A stretch of 64,000 nt of DNA from Anthoceros angustus (lineage: Eukaryota; Plantae; Anthocerotophyta). The notes beneath the pieces were generated by a model. That model had not been told where the DNA came from. It was given only the letters and a program-made list of their open reading frames with translations, and ran no database searches. Shown here piece by piece: positions 37,180-46,794 of this stretch. The stretch covers positions 434,001-498,000 of the forward strand of contig MU008165.1 in assembly GCA_010909165.1 (NCBI GenBank), read 5' to 3'. Both the position numbers and the translations under genes were made by a program. The first letter of the stretch is position 1. Each line of letters starts with the position of its first letter.

Positions 37180-39516
37180 TTCAGCATGTCCACAAAGCAT
37201 CTTCATGCCTTGCATGATTAGGCCCAAGTTCCGACCTCAACTGTGTGTGTGTTTCATGGTTGCTTCCAGCCTCCGCTGCATATTTACACCTCCGTAGCTT
37301 GGACGCTACATCATCCCTTTCCTCCCACGCAGAAGGCATGAACTTTGCTGTTGAGCTCAATCCAGGCAGTTGCAGGCTTCTTACATGCACCCACGGACCT
37401 CCTCAAACTTTCTACCAATTCCACATCGCTCCACATACTAGCATTTGCATAGATGTTGGACAAAAGCACATACGCAGCAGAGTGCTGAGGCCTTAGTCGT
37501 ACAAGCCTGTCAAAAGCAACGCCTTCCTGCGTTGAACGTCACCATGAGTCTTGCAGGAACTCAGCAAAGATGTCCAGCCCACAAGGTCACTTTCAAATGG
37601 CATTTTCAGCAACATGTTCTCTGCTTCATCTAGATGTCCTGCCCGCCCGAGAAGATCAACCATGCAATTATAGTGACACAAAGATGGAGTGATGCCATGA
37701 CTTTCCACCATCATCTTGAAATACTTCTGACCTTCATCGACCAGACCCTGATGGCTGCATGCCACAAGCAGGCAAGTAAATGTAGCATCGTCAGGCGAGA
37801 CACCCTGCTGCTCCATCTCTTGGAAACACTGGATTGCCGTCTGGCCATCACAGTGTTGACCATAACCATTAAGCAAAGCTGTCCATGCCACAACATTCCT
37901 GGTTGGCAAACTGTCCAGCACTGTGCGAGCATCCTCCAAGCTGCCACATTTTGCATACATGTCCACAAGGCTGCTGCCAACAAGCACGTCAGCTAACAGT
38001 CCTGATTCCTGGATATCAAAATGAAGCCTCTTTCCCTGTTGTAAAGCTCCAAGCGCAGCACATGCTCTCAGAAGGCACACAAACATGGAGCTGTTCCTTG
38101 AAATTTTATTCGTCTGCTGCATGCTTTCATGCAGATTCAGAGCTTCTTGATAAAGCCCATGCTGAACATAACCTGCAATCATGGCATTCCAGGTCACGAC
38201 ATCTTTGTTGGGCAACCTGTCAAACACTTCACGAGCCTCTTCCAGGCTGCTGCATTTCACGAACATGTCCACAAGACTGCTGCCAACCACCACGTCTGCA
38301 TCCAAGCATTGCTCCTGAATTTGCCTATACAGCTGCTTCCCTTCCAGCAACGCTCTGTTGATGGCGCATGCCTTCAGGAGACACGCAAAAGTAAAAGGAT
38401 TGGCTGGAGTGATACCCTCTATTTGCATATTTCGATAAACAGCAAGGGCTTCTTGCAAGAGCCCATGCTGGACATAGCCTGTGATCATGGCAGTCCATGC
38501 AACCACATCCTTGGTGCCCAGATCATCAAACACCTTGCGAGCATCCTCCAAGCTCCCACACTTCGCATACATATCCACCAGGCTGCTGCTGACAATCAAG
38601 TCAGCTTCCAGTCCACGCTCCTGGATCCGGGAATGAATTGCCTTACCTTCATGTAAAGCTCCAACACTGGCACATACTTTAAGGAGGCCTACAAATGTGA
38701 CAATATCTGGAGTGAGGCCCTCTTCTTGCATTCGTTGGTACAGAGTGAGTGCTTCTTGACTAAGCCCATGCTGAATATATCCAGCAATCAAAGTGTTCCA
38801 CGTGACCACGTCTCTCGTTGGCAATCGGTCAAACACTCTGCGAGCATCCTTTAAGCTCCCACATTTGGCATACATGTCCACCAAGCAATTGCCAAGTATT
38901 ATATCAGCTTCCAGCTGTCTTGCCTGAATCTGCGTCTCTAATTCCTTGCCTCTATCTACAGCTCCGGCACTGGCACATGCTTTCAATACACACACAAACG
39001 TGACTTGATTCGCTTCAGTCAGACCCTCATCTACCATAGATGAGTACAGAGTAAGGGCCTCTTGACCCTGACCATGCTGAGCATACCCTCCGATCATGGC
39101 AGTCCAGGATACCACATTCTTGACCGACATATTGTCGAATACACCTCGAGCATCCTGCAACCTCCCACTTGACATACAAGTCCACCAGACAGTTGCAAAA
39201 CACTGGGCTCCTCTAATCAGAATGGACCTGTTTGCCAAGTTCTACGTCCTGAGCAGCACTGCCATAAAAATATAGTCGTTTGGCTTCACAGCTGACCGCC
39301 TCATCGCACCATACAGGTTTCAAGCTTCTCATCGGTGCCGTGCCGAAATAATAAATACCACATGAAGCTATCCGGGGCCGCCAGTTGGGCAAACACCTCT
39401 GATGCTTCCTGCAACCTTCCATGGGCATCGCTTCGAATAATGTCATCAATGTGTGTTAGACCTGCGTGCTTGACAGGGGGCAGACGCCTGCCAACAAGCA
39501 GATCTTTCCTGACCAT
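37180..39516 (-). pseudogene. DYW:KP PPR copy E (long open PPR tract 37493-39238, DYW cut after HAE, foreign 5' end)
   Basis: The 581-aa ORF covers GRLQDAR..to E1; the DYW begins only at the HAE codons (37180); beyond ~39365 the sequence switches to a different paralog (DAHGRLQEASEVFAQLAAPDSFMW). Confidence 0.85.
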
Positions 39517-40341
39517 GCTGAGCAGGGTGTGAAGATCGAACTGAACGCATGCACAACAGTGACCGCCAGCCCTGGCTCAGGAAACCATCTTTGAGTTGTA
39601 AGCAGATCGCTGTGGATCGCTGCTCCCTCTTGAAACAGCTTGCTCGGCGTTTTATCAGTAAAAGCACGGCCGCAGCCAGGCGTCTGCAGCATCCCAACAT
39701 GCAGGACGGGACGTCGGCGAGCAAACAGACCTTCGGGATCCGCCCCACCTGTCCCATACATGCTACATGCACCGAGAACCTGTATAGACTCTTTCTCTAA
39801 GTGGACTGAAGTGAAGAAAGGAGGAGATAGAGAAGTAACTCAGGGTCACCAGGGAGTTGCTGCTGGGTGCGGCCGCCGGCCCTTCTCAGCCCACTGGGAT
39901 GCTGCCGCTGGTCCTGGGAACGTGTTAACAGAATCGTTTCAACAGGCTTCTTTCAATGGTTCTTGACGTGACAAAGGCGACAGTTTCAAAGGCCGCTGAA
40001 GGAAGAAGCAAACATCAGCTAGGAACAAAGAAGGACAGGGCAAGAAGGATGAGGCGTTGCAAATGCTGGCGACAAGGCAGGCAGTGGCGCTCCCCCGGCA
40101 ACAGGATGGTTTGCCGCCTGAACTCCTTCCTGGCAGTGCTATGCCTCGCTGGGCTCAGGAGGGCTGCCTCCTGCTGCCAGGATGTTTTGGAGACAGGGCT
40201 TATTATCCTTCCTGGATGATGGGCAGAGCAGATTCAGGTGAGAAGTCAAGGATAGCCATTGTCTGGTCAGGTAGGATGGTGGACTCTGAGCTCTATTTGC
40301 TCATGGCGAGTCCGGGAGGGAGGAAGAGCATCTCTCTGCTC

Positions 40342-43300
40342 TCAACTCCGCAAACAAATGTGTGGACCTGCTGAGGTGTGATAAGGTTCAGAGCTTTCGT
40401 CTTCGTAGACTACGGCAGGCCCTTCCTGCCTTGCTTCTTCTTGGTTGTCTTTAGGCGTCTGCGTTGCACACGGCAGCGGAGGGGTTATGCGGTTTGCCCA
40501 CTTGCAGAGGTTAGATGAGTGACCAGATAGGTGCAAGGTGGAGGCAAACCTGTGCCAGAATGAGGTCAAGGCGGCCAGAGAGAGAGAGTAGAGGCTTAAA
40601 TACTGAAACTCTTGCATCGATGATCTGCATGACGGACATAGTTTCCCATCAGTGTACAGCCCACGCATCCATGTACAGATACAAGAATCATGATAAAAAT
40701 CCTGTAACACAGTGAAGAAACCCCACCCGATACAAAGAGGCTAACACAGGCTGCATAGAAGGGGTTGACATGAGGGAAGCCGCGTGCTGTATAAGCGCTG
40801 CCCTTATCCATGGTACCAGGGTCAGGCCTCGTCTTGGCCTGCGATTTGTTTGAACCAGTAAATTTGAGTCAGTCACATCCAAAAACACATTCGCACTGAA
40901 GTAAGAAACGTCAAGTCGAGATCATGGTAGGAACCAGATATCCAGGTCTACCTAAGTCAACACGAACCTCGTCTCCATTTTAAAGACCATCAGTCTGAGG
41001 AACTTTGCCACATCGGGTGTGCGAAGCCTGCTGACGGTGTTTGATATGACCTGCACAAAAGACCAGACCATAAAACGATGCGCATTGTACGTGGTATACA
41101 AGGCAGGAGTGATTACAGAACAAACACGTACCTTGGGATCGGTGACTGCAACACAGCGCTCTAGCAGAGCGTTATCATCAGCCTGAATGGCCTGGGACAG
41201 CAGAACTTGTAAACTATCTGCCCTGGGTATGACCAAAGGATCTAGCGCCTTGCTTTGTTCCACCAACTTTCTTTCCTCAGATTCTACAAGTCCTAGGGCA
41301 ATCAGCCGATCCTCCATCGTTGGCTCCTGCTCTGCATCCACCTCCATTCCTGCTACTCCATCCGCTTGCACTTCTGAAAACCACAAGTACAGAACCACGT
41401 GAGAAAATGTGCAATCAATAAACCAGCAATCCTTCCATGCACAGGCACACCAGGGTAGGCCCCCACCTGCCAACTTAGAATGCTTCACAATAGGCTGCTC
41501 TGCATCCAATGCCGTTGACGCTTTTCGTTTCTTCTCTTTCCTAGTCGTCTTCAGGACTTCCCCGTCAGATTCTATGTGAGCTCTTGTTAAAACAGCATCA
41601 ACAGCACTATCGGGACCTACAACAGCCACTGCACCAAAGGAAAATACGGCATTAAAACACTAAACATCCAGAAACCCAGCAGCAGACAGACCACACCAAT
41701 ACCAACATACATCAGGTTTTAAGCTAGTACCATCACGTGACTCAGCTGCCCTTCCAAAGCTACTTTTTTGTTGTCCTCCAGACAGCAGATCCCCAGTTTC
41801 TGGAGCATGGAGAACAATACTTGTACTTTGACCATCAACAGGCACCCTTTCAAATTGAGGCCTGGCAGAAGTGCCTCTAGCTAACAGCACAGAGCCTGAC
41901 CCATCTTTTCTGCTTAGCAACCTGGCTGCCAGGATGCAAGTTTTGGAACTTTTCCTGACCTTTTCAGGAGTACCTGTCACTGAATTTTCCCTAGCAACAC
42001 TAAGTTTCACTGGTTTCGCCTTGGCTAGGCCTTCCACATTAGCTGCTATCCACACATACGCAATCCCTGTTTCTGACAATGCAAGGACTCTAACATTTTC
42101 TCCATTGGTCCCGAAACCACTGCAGTCAAGTGCCACAGCTGGCTGTTCCATAGGGAGAGTAAACGCGGCACCACTTCCAGGTTTCTCCTGATTACACAGC
42201 CACACAGCCACATGACGGTCACCAGGAGCTGCTGAGAGTATGTGCTGACCGTCTTCCGCGAACACCATTGCCCTCACCGATGCCTGTCAGCAGACAACAG
42301 ACGAAAGTTAAAACGACCTCAGTTGCAAGCATGAAGGCAAGTTTCACAGCAAACAGAGAAGCACTTACAGGATGCCCTGTAAACTTGCGAATCCGCTTTT
42401 TACTCGCTAAATCAATAATCTTAATCTCAGCACTGGCTGCAAGTAACTTGTCACCATCTGAAATGCCAAAATCACACATTAGCAAGAGCATAGGCCACGC
42501 AAGACAGATTTAGCAAAAATGTGGACACGAAAAGTATGGCCAGAGAAATAACCTGGTGACACTGCAACACTAGAAAGGGGAGCTTTTGACCCCTTGAACT
42601 TCTGGATCAGCCTTCCATCTCCGGAATCCAACTCACAAACCATTCCATCAGCCCCAACGGCATAAAGGCTTTGACCACTTCTCGAAAAGACAATGGCTTT
42701 CACACCCCTGCATATTGAAAAAAGTAGCAAGAGCATGAGGAACCGACCTGCAAAACATGGAAAAGGTGGCTTCACAGTGACCAATGGCACAACACAAGAT
42801 TTCAACATCTCGGAATAAGTAGTCTCAGCATTGTAGCAAGGGCTGACCCAGGGTTGACATCATTCTTCCTCCACTTCAGTTCACCAAGTGCTGCATCCCA
42901 AGCTAACACGTCACCAGACCCAGTTCCTAAAGCTAGCAGCAAAGAGGTCCCGCTCCTTTTCTTCACCTACAAATCATAACCCCCAAGCACGTGAGCTGAG
43001 AACACTAAAAGCATATTGGTGGCATCTCCAAAGGAGAGCCCAGGCAGGGGCTGGCTGCCCACAATCACAGCCATCCCAGAGTTGGGATTGTGATCCTTGG
43101 CATCCACATGCAACACCCACCTTCTTCTGAGCAGAGGTGACGGAATTCCCCCATGCAAGCGATGTGTAGTCTACAGCTAAATGTCCATTCGCAAGTCCCG
43201 TTGCAGTGCCCACGCTATTAGCGGAAGCTGCAATATCCACGAACTCCCCACGCATTTGTCCACTCCCCACATCCCACGTCTGCATCCCCCAACATTCTTC

Positions 43301-43505
43301 ACTCCATCAGCTGACAAGTTTTGCATTCAAACGATACAATCCAAGCCTGTAAAATGCCTCCCTTGAGCCGAGTGATCCTGAAAAAAACAAGCAGGCCAGG
43401 TAAGCAAAGCTTCACCTTAACACGGCCATCCCCAGAGGTAAGCGCAAGGTATTTGCCGTCAGGACTGAACGCCGTCAGCACATCCTTAATGCTCATCGGC
43501 GCCAT
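40342..43505 (-). CDS. WDR43: WD40 SSU-processome protein WDR43/UTP5, multi-exon
   Basis: MAPMSIKDVLTAFSPDGKYLALTSGDGRVK/TWDV.., VDYTSLAWG, further WD repeats, ADSLQVLLSQAIQADDNALLERC, QIIDARVSVFKPLLSLSGRLDLILAQ (Utp12-type domain), VVYEDESS tail. The exact last exon is uncertain. Confidence 0.9.
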
Positions 43506-43571
43506 GGACGCCAAATCTGTACCGGCTGAGGGAGGTATGCCGGCCTCCCCGTCCAGGCTCCAGCACCCAAT

Positions 43572-43590
43572 TCAGGGTTCAGGGTTTTAG
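43572..43590. promoter_or_regulatory. Telo-box-like motif TCAGGGTTCAGGGTTTTAG (copy 1) in the WDR43/GET1 divergent promoter
   Basis: Identical 19-mer at 43763-43781; resembles the telo-box (AAACCCTA). Function is inferred. Confidence 0.5.
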
Positions 43591-43762
43591 ACCTTGCCCA
43601 CGCTTGCTGAGAGTATTTATAGGGCGAAATTACCATGCCCAGCGCTTGACTCTGTATGGTAGCTTCGCATTTGCGGGTGAACAGAAAGATGCATCTCGCA
43701 CGCCGGCCCCTTGTCGCTGAAGACGGTGCAGCTGCGGCCGCCCCGTCTTTCGAAAGCAGCCA

Positions 43763-43781
43763 TCAGGGTTCAGGGTTTTAG
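43763..43781. promoter_or_regulatory. Telo-box-like motif (copy 2) in the WDR43/GET1 divergent promoter
   Basis: Exact repeat of 43572-43590. Confidence 0.5.
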
Positions 43782-43961
43782 AACGGGACTGGCGCCAACG
43801 CTGCGTGACACAATTCTAGGGCAAGACTGCGTTTTGTAGTGTATGGACGTCCGATATGGAAGTCCAGTAAAGAATTGCTGCCTGTGTGGGTCCTTTACTG
43901 GACTAACATATGTAGGGACTCCTCCTTCTCACCAAGGTTTCGCGTCTCGGTAAATTTCAGT

Positions 43962-45221
43962 ATGGAATTCGGATTCGCGTCCTCCGCGGCTGAAGGCGGG
44001 GCAGCTGCTGGCATCTTGGCATCGGTGTTGTTGCTGCGCCTGATTTTTGCACTCTTGCAAGGCATCATGAAGGTGCGTCAATTTTATGTTTTCTTCGATC
44101 TCAGCAAGGAGATGGAGCTTCCCGTGTCTAACATCTTCTCTTGCGGCTGCAGAGAGAGTCTGCGACTAGTCAGGAAGCCGCTCTCGCGAAGGAGATCAAA
44201 GCGCTGCTGAAGCAAGCTGACGCTTTTTCGACGTACTTCTCTTTTTCTCTCTTCTTTCCATTTTTTGCGAGGTTGGCCGGCCCTGTAGATGATTCTGTGG
44301 TTGTCGTGCAGGCCGGCAACGTTCGCCAAGTCTGCGAAACTGAGACGTGCTGCTGTTCAGAAGGAGAAAGAACTTGCAGAGTGTAGGTCATTCTGTGCCG
44401 AAATTGACGTTTGCGAAAAGGTTTTATTGTGTTTTCGAACTCTGTGCAGTGGAGTAGCTATGTAGAACGCTTCTTTTCTCCGGTATGTTTAGGTGCTATC
44501 ATTCGGTTCAATGGCTTGTTTTGTTGTCTGATGCAGAGCGCTATGGATTGATTGTGCTCTTGTAACGCACACGTTTGGTACAGTGAGACTGAAGACCAAG
44601 CAACTCTCCCATCGGCAGAGATATGTCGTCTCGTTTCTCCCGACTTTGCTCCAGGTGACTGCAGAGGCTTGGTTTCACCTCCACTGTCATGCTAGTTTTA
44701 CGCCATAGGCTCTTCGAGATCTTACTTAGCTTGCAGTGTGCTTTCCGCGAACTCCTGAAGTGTCTTCTGTATGTTGTCCCCCTCACCTTTCGATGTGCTT
44801 CGTCGTATTGCAGGCGTGTGTTAATCTTTTCTTCTTGTGGTGGTTCTGGCGAACTCCGGTGGCGACCATACCTTCTCGCCTTCTACACCCGTTTGGTATG
44901 TTCAATTTGTCAACTGGAACGGATGTCCTTCAAGCTACAGTGTACAGGACATGAAGCTTTTTACAGTGAAGAGCTGATGTTGCCTTGGCAGGTCGAATGT
45001 TTTCCATCACTCATGCCACGACATCGTCTGATGTTATCCCGGTATTTGAACTGCTGCCTGACCGGTACCAGTCTCGTTTTCTGAGGGTCATGCTGAGATT
45101 TTCAGCGAGGTTTATACGACTTAAGTTTCTCTTGCAGGTGAGTGTCATTCCATGGTTGATGTTGTGCAACAGTGTGAGCAGCTTCATATCAAGGAAGATT
45201 CCGAGTTCAACTCGCCGGTAG
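43962..45221 (+). CDS. GET1: GET1/WRB tail-anchored protein insertase, multi-exon
   Basis: Exons: MEFGF..LIFALLQGIMK / AALAKEIKALLKQADAFS / PATFAKSAKLRRAAVQKEKELAE / WFWRTPVATIPSRLLHPF / VSVIPWLMLCNSVSSFISRK..*, matching plant GET1 motifs. Confidence 0.88.
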
Positions 45222-45337
45222 TTGAGCAGCTTCAAGTCAGGTTTTAAACCCTGATATCTATTTCCACTATTCATCACCGTTCTGGTTCACAGTCAATGTC
45301 AAGTATCCGCGTAGTCTACAAGAACTTGTGCTCACCT

Positions 45338-46324
45338 CTAAACGCTCATCTCTTCTGCCTTCCCCTCTTTGGGCAACGGCGTAACAAAGTCGAACTGGTA
45401 GAGGAAAGGCACAAGGATAAAAGCACAAACCAGCACAGGAACGGGATTGACCAGCCAGAAAAGCAGGGGAAGAGCCATAACGAAGCTTCTAGTGCCAACT
45501 GTGTAGAAGTTAGATGAGCGGGCAAGTACCCGAGCGACGTACTCGGGCGCAATTCCAGCAGGCGCTGCCTCAGGCAGCGGGATGTTGATGAGGAAATTGA
45601 CGTGATTTGCGAACCTGATAGCCTGGGTGTAGCACAAGAAGGAAAAAATGAAGAAGCAGCAGAGAGTGGTAAACTTGGCGGTTTCCGTGATATCGTTCTG
45701 GGGTCCGAAAATTGTCCTCTCCAAACTCTTCTTGACTTGATAGGAACTGCTAATGACAGCAGCCATTCCGGTGCTGAGCAGCAGCGCAGCGGTTGCCATG
45801 AGAGTCGATACCATGATGCTGTTTCTCAACGTCTGCACCGCGAGGACGGTCCTAGCAGGATTGTCCTGTGACAAAACTCGACCGAGTCAGAGAAAAACCA
45901 GTCCCGCACAGGTTTGCAGATTGGACGCAGAAAGCTAAACATCAAAAGAGGAGCATTTTAATAGACACCAGACATGCAGAACCAAGAGAAAACAGAACTG
46001 CGACAAAACTTCAACAAGTCCAAGAATACCAGCTCCGGACACGATCGCTCCTTGGACGCAGGCAGAAAGCTAGATATTACAGACGGAGCATCGCTCCCAG
46101 CTTGAAATCCTCTAAAGCAACACCGGACATGCAGAACAAGGAGACGGAGTTTGATGACTTACATGCATAATGCTGTACACCCAGGCTCTTCTCGCATTGT
46201 GATTCAGGCCGATGCTGGTAACACAGGGCTCGGTTTTCACTTTGTAGTACAAATAGCCGTGATACAGCAGAAGCAACAGTATGGAAACGGGAACGAGGGA
46301 CAAATCCAAGACGTAAGGATCCAT
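45338..46324 (-). CDS. DUF599 family membrane protein, two exons
   Basis: MDPYVLDLSLVPVSILLLLLYHGYLYY..GLNHNARRAWV / LAVQTLRNSIMVSTLMAT..SFLCYTQAIRFANHVNFLIN..NFYTVGTRSF..PLLFW. Confidence 0.92.
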
Positions 46325-46794
46325 ATTCTCCACGCAGGTCCCTCGCCGAGGTGTGACAATTTCAAGAGCTCTTAAGACTTTGCAAAATTCGAAGGGGAGA
46401 GTGGCAGGTATAAGAGAAGCATCAACCAATGTGGAACAAACAGACATTCGCCTTTCAGGCTTTCAGCTAGCAGACATTCTCCAAGTCGTGTCGTCGAAAG
46501 CCGTGCCTCTGACGTAGTGCATTTTCCAAATCTCAGGATGACAGCTGCGCCTGCAGAAAGGAAGGCAAAGGGAGATCCTCACCTCAGCAGCTATGACGTG
46601 GCTTACATATGGACAGCGGACAAGTAGGCGGGCTTGCCCTTGCCAAAGATAGAGAAGGCTCGAGAACCAAGGTCGCCAAACCTCTAACCTCCTCTTCAGT
46701 TTTTAGGCTCTAATTTTGCACATAACCTGGTCGATTTGTGGAACAACTGTAAAGCCGGTATAAGTCCTAGCAAGAAAGCAAGTGCGAAGGTCAT

